Shown here: one piece after another, positions 1 through 12,560 of the stretch | Layout of the letters: each line of letters starts with the position of its first letter | How positions within the stretch are numbered: the first letter of the stretch is position 1 | Source of the DNA: Mobula hypostoma | Lineage: Eukaryota | Reading direction: 5' to 3' | Assembly: GCF_963921235.1 (NCBI RefSeq) | Contig: NC_086097.1 | Span: forward strand, 78,060,001-78,124,000 | Length of the DNA: 64,000 nucleotides | Program-made: the position numbers and the translations under genes | Notes under the pieces: model-generated | Databases searched by the model: none | What the model saw: the letters and a program-made list of their open reading frames with translations, nothing else | What the model was told of the DNA's origin: nothing

Positions 1-735
1 ACCCTGTACAGATTACAAAAGAGGAGATGTTTGCTACCTTGAGGCAAATCAGGGTGGATAAATAATTATTTGGACAGACATGGACAAATTAAGGGCATGA
101 CTTTATGTGTGGTAGGTCATGTTTAACCAATCCTACAGAGTTTTTTGAGAAAGTTCCCAGGAAAATGGATGAAGGCACTTTATGAAGGATGAAGGATATG
201 GTCTACATGGACTTTCGCAAGGCATTTGACAAGGTCCTACATGGGTGGTTTGTCAAAAAGTTTCAGTCACTTGGCATTCAAGATGAAGTAGTAAATTGGA
301 TTAAGCATTGGCTTTGCGGGAGAAGCCAGGGAGTGGTAGTAGATGGTTGCCTCTCTGACTGGAGGCCGATGAATAGTGGTGTCCTGCAGGAATTGGTGCT
401 GGTTCCATTGTTCTTTGTCATCTGTATCAATGATCTAGATGATAATGTGGTCAACTGGATCAGCAAATTTGTGGATGGCACCAAGACTGGGGGTGTAGTG
501 GACAGCAAGGAAGGCTATCATGGCTTGCAGAGGGATTTGGATCAGCTGGAAATATGGGCTGGAAAATGGAATTTAAAGCAGACAGGTTTGAGGTTTTGCA
601 CTTCAGTAGGACCACGTCAGGGTAGGTCTTACACAGTAGGGTACTGAGGAGTGTGGTAGAACAAAAGGATCTAGGAAAGTCTTGAGGAAATTGTACTGGC
701 TTAGGTCAGACCATATCTAGTGTAATGTGTACAGT
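1..735 (+). mobile_element. CR1 LINE ORF2 (RT) fragment, degenerate
   Basis: ORF 189-647 has CR1 RT motifs (DMVYMDFRKAFDKVLH, SGVLQELVL, INDLD, SKFVDGTK); the YADD-equivalent motif is decayed. Confidence 0.9.
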
Positions 736-1233
736 ACACTCCTACTTTACAAAGAAAGCTTTCCTTGGATGTTGTGCAACTAGCTCAGTACACTTGTGTA
801 CTGGAAATAACATTAAATAATCTTGAATCTTGAAAAGGGAAATAAAATAGAGATGAATTAGACCATTACCCATGATCTTAATGAATGATAAAGAGATCAT
901 TTACAAGTATTTCCAATTATATCTTTGTGTTCGAATCCTTCTAATTGATTAGGGCATTTACTGCCCGTCCGAATTACGTTACTCATGATAGCTGATGATA
1001 TGCAATCATCTTGAACTGCTGCAGTCCTGTGGATGAACGTATTCCGGTAGTGCTGTTGGTTAGGAGTTCCAAGTTATGAATCCTGTGATAATGGAGTTGC
1101 AAAATATTTCCAGGTCAGTGTGTGGCATCAGAGAAGTCACTTACAGATCATGATAATGGCTCTGTCCTCCTTAGTGGTGGAGATCAGGGGTTTGAGACAG
1201 TACTTCCAGAGCAATTGAGAATCCTGGGATGAA

Positions 1234-1840
1234 TGCAACTCTCGCTTCGCCTAGCAGCTTAATATAAGGGGTGATAACCCCCTGTCCGGCCAAACTTAAG
1301 AAATTTCTTTTGTGTGGATGCTGTGTGATGTGTCCCCTGTTAAAAATCAGTACCCCGAAATAACAAACAGTACTCAATATGCAATTAAACGATTAAGCTT
1401 TATAACTCTTACCTTGACTATATGGTTAGTAGAGAAACAAAATTTTAAAAAAGGGCCTAAATGTTATTGAACAATCTGTGCGCAAAGTTGAATCTCAGTC
1501 ATAGGCTGATCGGTCCCCATCGACCTTCTCCGATCGTCGCTGCCCTTCGGACGCTTGTTCCAAGTCCACCCCATCTGGCGGTCCACCAAATCTCTCCATT
1601 CGCATCTTCTCTCTTCATCTCTCTCCCCCTCACCCTCTCTCTGGCAAAAGCCCGTGAAATCAACTGCTTCAGGATTCACAAGACAGGGCAACAAAATCCT
1701 GATTGGCTAACATGCATCCCATAGTCCTGTTATCTCCAGACATAACCCAAACATTGCTGCTACAGAGAAACCATTACTTCAGCAGTGAACATTACAAAAA
1801 AAGCCATTACATTAGCAGTGAAAACTTATGGCGTATTACA
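1234..1840 (-). mobile_element. Solo LTR (607 bp)
   Basis: TG...CA termini (TGCAA...TTACA) flanked by 4-bp direct repeat TGAA (1230-1233, 1841-1844); non-coding; orientation tentative. Confidence 0.65.
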
Positions 1841-2870
1841 TGAAAATGTAGCTTTGGCTTGAAATTGATAACCGCATGGGCCCAAGGCTACATTTAATAA
1901 TGCCTTATGTGTTTGTATGCACATTGAATGACAAACCATCTGCAAGCTTTTATTATGATGATACCTACACAGTGTTCTAATCACTAGATTTTACTGTAAG
2001 TGTTAAGATTCTGCCGCAAGTTGAGCTCATATTATTTTAGCATGATCTACTGAAGTTTATAGAGATCACTCCGGGATATGATCTGAAATGATCAAGAAGG
2101 ATTCCATAAAAGTTTTTGAAAAGCAATGTGAATCAATAAATGCTGAATGGAATAGTGTCTGGCACCTCAGAATAAACATTCCATGTGGATCTCAAGAACA
2201 AACTGAAGTGGTGAGAATTAAAATTAAGTTTTAAGCAAGAGTCTTGAAGTTAAAAGATTCCAACCATGCATCCCAAAAGAAGACCATATTTTCCCAACCA
2301 ATGTCTTTTAGGAATAGTATTAGCATTAATTTTCAAAAGGACTTAATTCTCAAGAGGTAAAACAAATCTATAAATCTGTATTCATTGTGTATCCTTAGCT
2401 GCTCCATGCATTTCTGCCCAATATCAGTACAAGAACCTATATGTACATGCAAGCAAACTAACCTGCTTTAGACAGGTACCAGGATTAGCTGAAAAATGGC
2501 CACACCAACCAAGTCAATGCAAACCTGTGGTCTTCCCACACTGTTTTGCAATGTGGAGGGTAAAGAGGTGAAAAAAACAATTCTCTTAATCTTCATTGAC
2601 AACCCAAATAACCTTGTTTGATGTTTCTAGCCTCCTATTGTCAGTCCACTATTCCTATATGTGACACTGTTTCCCACCATCCCCAGGATCTCCTTCGTGA
2701 CACTCAGCTGTAGCCCTTTCTGCTGATTTTCCACCTGGCTGAGACATCATAAATATGGAACACAAATACAAAAGGGAATAGAGGGATCCTTTACCCCCTT
2801 TCACCCCACAACCAGTCTCCCATGATAGGGGTGTCTAAAACTAGAGGCTATAGATTTAAGGCAGGGGTCC

Positions 2871-2997
2871 ATCAAGGGTCTCAGCCTGAAACGTCGACTG
2901 TATCTCTTCCTAGAGATGCTGCCTGGCCTGCTACGTTCACCAGCAACTTTGATGTGTGTTGCTTGAATTTCCAGCATCTGCAGAATTCCTGTTGTTT
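2871..2997 (+). repeat. Penelope-tail-derived short repeat, hammerhead core 5'-truncated
   Basis: AAGGGTCTCAGCCTGAAACGTCGACTG...CAGAATTCCT, near-identical to the copies at 8666 and 23883 but lacking CTGACG. Confidence 0.85.
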
Positions 2998-4204
2998 AAC
3001 TTATTTTTATTGTTTGTTATCGTTTTGCAAAACTGGACAGTTCAAATGAGAATTCTTAGCTCTCTGTAAGGCCAGCAGCCCTTTGACATAAGAGACTCCA
3101 TGTGCAACATTGGCCAAATTTCATAGTGTTTTTTGTGCAGAAGGTGTCTTGCGAACAGGTGAAACCAGCAAAACTGAAAAAGCACCTCAAGTCTGTCCAT
3201 CCCAAAAATGCATCTAAAGATGCAAATTTTTTTTTGTATGAAGAAAACTCAATTGGAAGAAGTTGGAACACTTCCGAAACTTGGATTTGCCATTTTGCAA
3301 AAATTTTTTCCGGAAGCATCCTTTAATGTTGCTTACCGGATTGCCGAACAAAAGAAGGCCCACACCTATTGGAGGGACTTTAGTAAAGCCACTTGCACTG
3401 GAAATGGTCGAGCTGGTTTATGGACTGGAACATAATTTTTTTAAATGGAAGCTGTTCCCTTATCAAATAATATGATTCCTTCTAGAATACTTGATATTCC
3501 CTTTCGCAATTCCCATTCAGTATGCAAGTGGATAAAACTACAGACATCTCTCAATGTAGCCAGATCCTTGTTTACATTCGTTGGTTTCAAAGAATTCATT
3601 GGAAATGGTAATAAGTCTTTTTTTGCCTGGAAAGAAAATCTTCATACACTTTGCATAAATGGAGCACCTGCGATGCTTGGTAATGCATTTGGTTTTGCTA
3701 CTTTAGTGTAAAAGGAAGCTCCTCATGTTGTTGTCATTCATTGTTTTTTACACAGACATGGAGTAACAACAAAGGCTCTTTCATCAACCCCGACTGAAGT
3801 TTTGTCAACAGCCATAAAAGTTATTTAATTTATTCAAAGCAGAACTCTGAATAAAGGACCTCACTGAGAATTAGGTGTAGAATATGAAGTGCTTCTCTAC
3901 CACACAAGAGGATAAGTCTTGAAGCGCTTGTTTGAATGGAGGACAAAAGTTTCACTTTTTTGAAAGAGAAAGAACCTCCACTCTTGGAACAGTTTGAAAC
4001 AAAAGGATTGCATCCATGCATTGGCTTCCCTGCAGGTATTTTTAACCACACGAATGAAATAAACCTTTCAAATCAAGCTCCTGAAGTTACCATTATAGAT
4101 TCTACTGAAAAAATACAAGCCTTCTTGGCGAAACTACCGATATGGAAGTAGACGGTAGAGGCAACATCTTTGCAAACTTACAAATGTTGGAGGAAGTACA
4201 TCTT

Positions 4205-5341
4205 AACGTTAAGGCTACAGTCAGTCTGTGCGGGCAGAGATGTCTCTTGTCCAATATGCTGAGCACTGACGCTCCCCAAGGCAGTGTGCTCAGCCCGCTG
4301 TTGATGCATGACTGTGTCGTAGGATCAAGTACAAACTGTGTCAGGTTTGCGTATGACACAACCATAGTTTGGCCTTACCAAGAATGATGACGAGGCGGAG
4401 TATAGAGAGGAAATGGAGTGGCTGGTGAATTGGTGTGGGAAAAACAACCTAGGCCCAAATGTAGAGAAGACAAATGAAATTATTGTGGACTTCAGGAAGG
4501 TGCAGATGAGCCATCCCCCTCTGCAAATACATGGCTCCTCCATAGAAAGACTTAAGTGCACCAAGTTCCTGGGAGTTCACATCACAGATGACCTCACCTT
4601 GTCCCTTAATATCACCTCCCTTTGAAAAGTTCAAAGTAAAATATATTATCAGAGTACGTACATGTCACCACATACAACCCCGAGATCTTTCTCTATGGGC
4701 ACACGTAACAAATCTGTAGAACAGTAACTATAAAGTAGAAACATCAGGAATTGCAAACTGTAACCAAACTGTGCAAATACAGATATACAAGAAGGCACAG
4801 CAGTGCCTCCACTTCCTAAGAAGGTTGAGGCAAGCGAGACTTCCCCGCCACACCCCTCCACCCATCTTAACTGTGTTTTACAGGAGCACCATTGAGAACA
4901 ACCTGACGTTGCATCCCCATTGGGGACATTTATCAGGAGTGCTGCGTTACCAGGGCCCTTGGTATTATTAAGGATACCACCCATCCATCGTGCATCCTTT
5001 GACTTTTCTACCATCAAGCAGGAAACTATGACGCATAAAGACAAGAATGGTCAGGATAAGAAACAGTTTTATCCCCCAGGTCATTAGGCTTCTGAACTCC
5101 CCGCTGCATCGTATTCTCTTCTGTACCTAACAATATTTAATATTTGTGCACTTTTGTTTGTTTTTTATGTGTAATTCATCTGTAGATTTTATCCTTACCT
5201 TCATAAGTTATTGTGTGTTATGTGTGTTACTGTACTTTACACCCTGGTTTGGAGAAATGTTGTCTCATTTCTATATACATTATATGGTTATATATGTTAT
5301 ATACATGTACATAGTTAAATGACAATAAACTTGACTTGACT
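4205..5341 (+). mobile_element. Rex1/Babar-type LINE, 5'-truncated, nested in Charlie
   Basis: DAPQGSVLSPLL, RFAYDTTIV, KKAQQCLHFLRRLR C-terminal motif; AATAAA plus (CTTGA)n tail; interrupted at ~4623-4790 by another repeat 3' end. Confidence 0.85.
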
Positions 5342-6009
5342 TTGCCAAGATTGAGTTGAGATACAAAATTCTCTGTCAATTTCTTTGAAGAGAGACATCT
5401 GGGAACATCTGGGAACACTTCAGAACTCTTTTGAAAGTTATTTCCATCTTGATGATATTAAAGTTGAACCATGGATCCACAGTCCTTTTCTTTCTGATAT
5501 AAACTGTATCAAAGGTGTTGAAATAGCCAAAGATGAACTCATTGATCTTAGAACACAAAACTTACTTCATTTGGAGTTTAAGTCTAAAAGCCTTGGATAA
5601 TTCTGATGTTCCTTGAGGGAAGCCTATCTTCACCTGGAAAAGTGAGCTATGGAAGCTTTAATTCCATCTGCAACAGCATATCTTTGCGAGTCAGGATTTT
5701 CAACACTTGTAACGTTAAAACAAAAAATCAAAATGGATTGGATGTCTGACATGACGTGTATTGCTTTTGTCAAAGACAACCCCACTTGTTCTTATAATGT
5801 TCCTATTCAAGTGGAGCAACAACAACTTCATACTGATATGTCGTTAGAAAATAAAATTTAATCGTAACTTGCATATATTTTTAATGTATGACTTTGTTAC
5901 TTACTGCATTAATAAAGAAGCCCATATATTACAATATCACAAATTTTGATGACCGTATTTCAATATAATTAGTTTCATTTGTAATCCTATGCATTTTATT
6001 TGATATACT

Positions 6010-6285
6010 TAGAACATAGAAGTTTACAGCACATTACAGGCCCTTCATCCCACCATCTTTGCCATTCATGTAACCTTCTCTATAAACTGGCTAGAATTTC
6101 CTTAGCGCATGGCCCTCTATTTTTCTAAGCTCCATGCACCTATCTAAGAGTCTCTTAAAAGACCCTAATGTATCCTCTTCCACCACCACCGCCAGCAGTG
6201 CATTCCACGCACCCACCATTCTGTGTGAAAAACTTAGCCCTGACGTCGCCTCGGTACCTACTTCCAAGCACCTTAAAACAATGTT
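6010..6285 (-). mobile_element. CR1 LINE 3' end
   Basis: Homologous to 6765-7025 and to the 3' end of the CR1 at 47507-48930. Confidence 0.85.
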
Positions 6286-6764
6286 ATCTTATGTACAGTT
6301 AATAATCAAACCACCTCAATAGGTATTTCGAATGAATCACTGCCCCAACTCACATTCACTTGAGTGTGATCCCACAGAACTGTAAACTTACCATGGACGT
6401 CATTAACTAAGGACTGTTCAGTAAATGGACCTAAAAACGCTATTGTTCCCTCCGTGATACTTGACATGAGCTTTCACCTTTGTAAATGTATTCTTTTACC
6501 CTCAGATATATCCCACATTTGGGTGTCTTCTCACCATCCTGTACAGGTGAGCAATCATCTACAAAACATAAATATTATTTATTTTGTTTGTCTTGGTTCT
6601 CAGATATTGCTTTCTGATCTTGTTCTACCACCCCTCATTATTATTTGATACAAATGGTGCCTTGGGATCATTTGTTATCGTATCCTGATGCCCATGTGGT
6701 TGTCCAGTACATTAAAAATATCTGCAAGGAAGGTAGAAACATTAATACCCTTTTACATAGAGCA

Positions 6765-7950
6765 TAGACCATAGAAATCTACAGCACATTACAGGCCCTT
6801 TGACCCACAATGTTGTGCCGACCATGTAATTTACTCTAGAAACTGCCTAGAATTGCTCAACGATGTAGCCTTCTATTTTTCTAAGCTCCATGTACCTGTC
6901 TAAGACCCTATTGTATACGCCTCCACCACCATCACTGGCAGTGCATTCCAATGCACCACTCTGTGCGGAAAACTTGCCCTGACATCTCCTCTATACCTAC
7001 TTACAAGCACCTTAAAACTATGCCCCCTCCTGTTAGCCATTTCAGCCCTGGGGCAAAGCCTCTGGCTATCCACACGATCAATGCCTATCACTATCTTATA
7101 CACCTCTATCAGGTCACCACTCACCCTCTGTTGCTCCCAGGAGAAAAGGCCAAGTTCACTCAATCTAGTCTCATAAGGTATGCCCTCCAATCCAGGCAAC
7201 ATCCTTGTAAATCTCCTCTGCACTCTCTCTGTAGTATCCACATCTTTCCTGTAGAGAGGTGACCAGGACTGAGCACAGTACTCCAAATGGGGTCTTACCA
7301 AGGTATTCTATAGCTGTAACGTTACCTCACGGCTCGTGAACTCATTCTCATGGTTGATGAATCTCAACACACCATATGCCTTCTTAACAACACTGTCAAC
7401 CTGCATAGCAGCTTTGAGTGTCCTATGGACATAGACCCTAAGATCTCTCAGATCCTCCTCACTGCCAGGAGTCTTACCATTAATATTATATTCTGTCTTC
7501 AAACTTGACCTACCAAAATGAACCACTTCACACTTATCTGGGATGAAGTCAATCTGCCACTTCCCAGCCCGGTTCTGCATCCTATAGATGTCCTGGTGTA
7601 ACCTCTGACAACCCTCCAGACTATCCACAACACCCCCAACCTTTGTGTCATCAGCAAACTTACTAACCCACCCTTCTACTTCTTCATCCAGGTCATTTAT
7701 AACCATCACAAAGAGGAGGGGTCCCAGAACTGATCCCTGCGGAACACCACTGGTCACCGACCTCCATGCAGAAAACAAACAATCTACAACCACCCTTTGC
7801 CTTCTGTGGGCAAGCCAGCTCTGGATCCACAAAGCAAGGTCTCCTTGGATCCCATGCCTCCTTACTTTCTGAAGGAGCCTGGCATGGGGAACCTTATCAA
7901 ATGCCTTACTGAAGTCCACATACACTACATCCACTGCTCTACCTTCATCA
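6765..7950 (-). mobile_element. CR1 LINE, 5'-truncated
   Basis: ORFs 7308-7934 (DFSKAFDKVPH, SGVPQGSVLGP, SKFADDTK) and 6900-7301 (VRPHLEYCAQSWSP). Confidence 0.95.
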
Positions 7951-8023
7951 ATTATTCTGTGAAGGGGTCCATAGGCTTTACTGGTCTGCCAAAGAGGTCC
8001 ATGGCATTAAAAAAAAGCCCTTG

Positions 8024-8255
8024 ATTTAAGGTGAGAGGGAGGAGTGAATCTGAGGAGTTAATTTTTCACACAAAGTAGTTGGTATCTGGAATAAACTACC
8101 AAGGACGTGGAGGTGGCAGGAGCAATAACAACATTTAAGAGGCATTTGGGCAGGTACATGAAGAAGTAAAGCACAAAGGCATATGGAATTGAAGCAAGTA
8201 ATTAGATACGATTGTCAGCAGAGGCACAGTTGGCTGTAGCTCTGTGTTTCTATGG
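8024..8255 (+). mobile_element. Old CR1 3' fragment (host of the Charlie insertion)
   Basis: Continues the CR1 sequence of 2821-2861 across the Charlie TSD; resembles other CR1 3' ends in the window. Confidence 0.65.
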
Positions 8256-8665
8256 AGTAAAACTTTCTGACTCAATTACCTTCCTTAAGCAATAGAGCCT
8301 CTTTTCCAGATGTACTTTGGATCAGAACAATAGTCCCTGATATTACCTCTTGTGCCCATTCTGCACCTGGAAAATACACTTCAAAATCTAATTTATCATC
8401 TAAAATATGTGCAACCTTGGACTTGTTTTAGCAATCACACTTTAATTCAAAGAACCATATCAATCAAGGTTTTGGACTACAAGCTTGTTATTTGCCACCA
8501 TCTTTTACTTCACAGACATCTGTCAGTGAATGGCAATTAAACTACAATGGTCTTTATCTTGGTTTATTTGTCATCAATTAGTCTTTACAGTCTTCTTGGA
8601 AAACCTTGGAGGAACATTTTAAACATAGGTACAGTATAATATGTCAAGATAATGTAATGTAACAT

Positions 8666-8794
8666 CCTGACGAAGGGTCTCAGCCTGAAACGTCAACTGT
8701 ACCTCTTCCTACAGATGCTGCCTGGCCTGTTGCTTTCACCAGCAACTTTGATGTGTGTTGCTTGAATTTCCAGCATCTGCAGAATTCCTCATGT
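8666..8794 (+). ncRNA. Short insertion with minimal type I hammerhead ribozyme core
   Basis: CTGACGA-AGGGTCTCAGCCT-GAAAC-GTC; 16-bp TSD with 2 mismatches (8650-8665, 8795-8810); stem I 5' strand absent. Confidence 0.8.
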
Positions 8795-8814
8795 TAATGT
8801 AATGTTTCATGCTC

Positions 8815-10162
8815 TGTCATGGTCCAGTCCATGAAGTCCCCATTCCGGTTCACTGTCCGGTCCGTGGACTCAGGACTCTGGGTCTTCCAGCTGTCCCTTG
8901 TTTGACTAAATCAAAGGCACCTGATTCCCATCCTCGGGCTTGCACCCTTGAGATTGAGTGTGGACAGCTGGTTTGTCTTGTCAGTCCCCCTTGGAGTAAC
9001 CTGCTGATGGAAGGCTAGTGAAACCATTCGTGATCTCTAGGCCTGGTTGGAGGACCACTGCTTCATGGAGCCTTGTTGCCACTCGTTGGAGTGGTCTTTG
9101 TGGTATGGATTTGGCTGTTTCCCGGGCCAGCTGAGTGGCTGCCAGCCACTCTGAGCTAGGTAGGGAGCTGGCTGCTTCCGTAGCAAGCTGAGGTTGCTGG
9201 CCAAACTGAGACTTGGAGCTTCCCGGAGCAAAGGTGGAACTCTCTGTCATTCTTTGGTGTTTGTCTCTTCTTGTCCTTGCCTCCGTGGGGTAAGTCAGGC
9301 TATTCTGCTGTTGCCCCGTGGGGGGTCATGTCTTGTCTTGTCCTCACCTCCGTGGGGTAAGTCAGGCCATCTTGCTGTTGCCCTGTTGGGGGGGGGGTGT
9401 TGGTGGTCATGTCTTGTCTTGTCTTTGCCTCTGTTGGGTAAGTCTGGCCATCCTGCCGTTACCCAACAGGTGGACCTGTCCCACCTTGGTGTGGAGATGA
9501 AGTTGAGTCCCGGCTTGTCATAGGATAAGTCCTGGCTCTATGTCTATGTTCTGTCCTGTCTCATGTTAGTGTTGTGTTAAAGATGAGTTCTGGCATGTCG
9601 AAGGATAAGTCCCAGCTCTATGTTGATGTTCAGTTCCCAGTCTGTCTCTCAGCTCCAGCCTCCGAGTTATCAGACTTCGCATTTCAAGACGACAATCCCG
9701 CAGCCAAGCTCCAAGAACCCTAGCCTCGATGATCCCGCAGCCAGGCTCCAAGAACCCAAGCCTCGAGGATCCCGCAGCCAAGCTCAAGACCCAAGAACCC
9801 AAGCCTCGAGGACCCCGCAGCCAAGCTCAAGACCCAAGAACCCAGGCCTCGAGGATCCCAAGCCAGGCTCAAGACCCAAGACAACAGCCTCAAGCCATGT
9901 CATGTCCTTGCCTGGTTCTGGGGTCTGAGCCCAAGGCAAGACCCAGGCTCTGGGTCCTTGTCCAGTCTCGGGCTCAGAGTCCAAGCCTTGTCTCCTAGTC
10001 TATGTTTCCTAGTCCTGGTCCTGCCTTCCCTAGCCCAACTCTGCGTTCTTGTCCCTGCTCCTTGCCTGAATTCTGTCATGTCCCTACTCTGGTCAAGTCC
10101 TGTCCTTGTACTTCAGTGTCTGTGTCTGCATTTGGGTCCGTTCCCAGCACCCCATTGAGACA
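8815..10162 (+). mobile_element. Solo LTR-like element with internal tandem arrays
   Basis: TGTCAT...GAGACA termini; both ends homologous to the reverse complement of 36738-37685; TSD not clean. Confidence 0.7.
9697..9880 (+). repeat. Tandem minisatellite (~37-44 bp unit, ~5 copies)
   Basis: Repeated CCCGCAGCCA(A/G)GCTC...CAAGAACCC..GCCTCGA(G/T)GA. Confidence 0.9.
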
Positions 10163-10204
10163 TGGTTACATTAATAAAACTTTTATGTCCAGAGTAAACA
10201 TCTA

Positions 10205-10448
10205 TCAGGTCCTGGCCCCGGCGGCTCCAAGTCTCAAGTCCTGGCCCCGGCGGCCCGTGATTCTGAGTCCTAGCCCAGACCCTTAGTCCCAGCCTAGTCC
10301 AAGGCCTGAGTCCTTGTCTGGTTCGCTATTCCTGCTTCTGCTTTGTTCTCCTTGTAACAAACAATAAACTCAATTTAGTTTACCTCACATAGTGTTTTTG
10401 TGTCTTGCATTGGGGTCCACCCTCACTCCCAGCCCTCCCACTGTGACA
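10205..10448 (+). mobile_element. 3' part of a second related LTR
   Basis: AATAAA, then GTGTCTTGCATTGGGGTCC...TGTGACA, resembling the 3' end of 8815-10162. Confidence 0.5.
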
Positions 10449-10859
10449 CATATAGTGTAACGCGAGGAGCAAATATTAACCACAACCCGGCTTAGAGCAG
10501 CACACCCAAAATGCTGGAGGGAGTCAGCAGGTCACCATCAATGGAGCCATTAGAACATGGCTTTACTGATAAGAACAAATCAATCTAGCAGATTTTGAGT
10601 TCAGTTGACTTGGAACTTGGCAATATAAAGTGAACACAGGAAACCGATCTAGCCTTCCCACACCTCAAGGATGGCCTTACACAGTGTGAGATCTTTTCAG
10701 AACAGTCTGTGACGGTTTGTCACCAGAGTGAAACATAACTTTAATAGCTGCAGAGAACAGTAGATTCGCCTCTAGATCAGAATCCCTGCAATGGTGCCTC
10801 TCATGTTTTGAGGATTACTCACTGTGTCACATATGATGATTTAAAACAAAACTTTAAGG

Positions 10860-12560
10860 TGTTGCTGATGTATACTGCATCCCTGTAACAACACTTCATG
10901 TAGATGTGCTCAATGGCGGGGAAGGCTTTATCCATGATGGACTGGGTTGTATCCACTACATTTTTAGGCTGTTCCACTCAAGGGCATTGTTGTTTCTGTA
11001 TCAGGCTGTGATGTAACCAGTCAGTACTCTCTCCACTACACATCTATAGAAGGTGGCAAAGTCTTAGATGTCATGCCAAACCTTCACAAACTCCTAAGGA
11101 AGTAGAGGCACTGCCATGCTTTCTTTGTAATTACTGGGTCCAGGAGAGCTCCACCAAAATAATAACACCGCGGAACTTAAGGTTGATTTTCCTGTCCATC
11201 CATGATCCTCCAATGAGGAATGTCTCACAGACCTCTAGCTTCCTTCTAAAGTCAATAATCGGCTCCTTGGTATTGCTGACATTGAATAAGAGTTTGTTGT
11301 TATGGCACCACTCAGCCAGATTTTCAATTTCCCTCCTATATCCTGATTTATTACCACCTTTGATTCGACCTACAACAGTGGTGTCATCAGCAAACTTGTA
11401 TATGGCATTGGAGCTGTGCTTAGCCTCACAGTCATAAGTGTGAAGTGTGTAGAGCAAGTAGAGCTAAACACACAGCCTTGTGCTGTTGGAGATTACGGTG
11501 GAGATGTTATTGCCAGTCCCAACTGACTGGTGTCTGCAAGTGGAAAAAATTGAGGATCCAATTGCACAAGGAGGTATTAAGGCCAAGATCTTGCAGCTTA
11601 TTGATTAGTGTTGAGGGGATGATGGTATTGAATGCTGAGCTGTAGTCACTGAAGAGCATCCTGATGTATACACCTTTGCTGTCCAGATATCCCAGGGTTG
11701 AGTAAAGACACAATGAGATGGCGTTTGTTGCTCTGGTAAGCAAATTGGAGTGGATCCAAGTTGCTTCCCAGACAGGAGTTGGTCTGCTTCATCACCAGCC
11801 TCACAAGACACTTTGCCACTGTGGATGTAAGTGCTAATGGATGGTAGTCATTAAAGCAGGTTACCACTTTCTTCTTAGGCAGTGAAGTGAAGTCTGTTTG
11901 ATGCAGATTGGTACCTCAGACTGCCGAAGCAAGAGATTAAAGATCTCATTGACCACTCCAGCCAGTAGATCAGAGACAGCTCTTTAGTACTTGGCCAGGT
12001 AGCACATCTGGGCCAGATGATTTTCATGGGTTCACCCTTCAGAGGGGAGCTCAGACGTTGGCCTCAGAGACTGAAATCACAGGACCATCGAGGGATCTGG
12101 GAGTGCATGAAGTTTCCTCCATGGCATAGAGGCATTGAGCTCACCTGGAAATGAAGCTCTACTGTTGCTTGATTTAACTTTATAAGAGGTGATAGCATTC
12201 AAGCCCTGCCACAACTGTTGAGCATCCTTCATTGATTCAAGTTTAGTCTAGAATTGTCACTTTGCTCATGAGATGGTTTTCCAGAGTTTGTAGCTGGATC
12301 TCTTGTATCTTCCTTGGGCACCAGACTTGAACACCTATGATCTGGTCCTCAGCAGATTGTGGATCTCATGGTTCATCTATGGCTTCTGGCTGGGGAAGAC
12401 TCTGAATGATTTTGTGAAGACACACTCCTCTGCAACTGTTTTAGTAAATCCATGACAGCCATTGTGTATTCATTCAGATCCACAAATGAGTCCTTGTAAA
12501 CAGCCCAGTTCACTGACGCGAAACAATCCCATAGCCGCTCCTCTACCTCTTGCAACCAAG
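10860..12560 (-). mobile_element. Rex1/Babar-type LINE fragment, degenerate
   Basis: [52 protein letters not shown]. Confidence 0.9.

Larger units (their letters stand above)
2862..8023 (+). mobile_element. hAT-Charlie (Buster/ZBED8/SCAND3-like) DNA transposon with nested insertions
   Basis: 8-bp TSD ATTTAAGG (2854-2861, 8024-8031); termini CAGGGG.../...CCCTTG; frameshifted transposase fragments (KPAKLKKHLKSVHP, IGGTLVKPLALEMVE, NGAPAMLG, IQAFLAKL, ATAYLCESGFS); interrupts a CR1 3' fragment (2821-2861, resuming at 8024). Confidence 0.9.

Noticed and set aside
9697..9880. Regular repeats resembling a CRISPR array
   Set aside because: No unique spacers; a tandem minisatellite inside an LTR in eukaryotic DNA.
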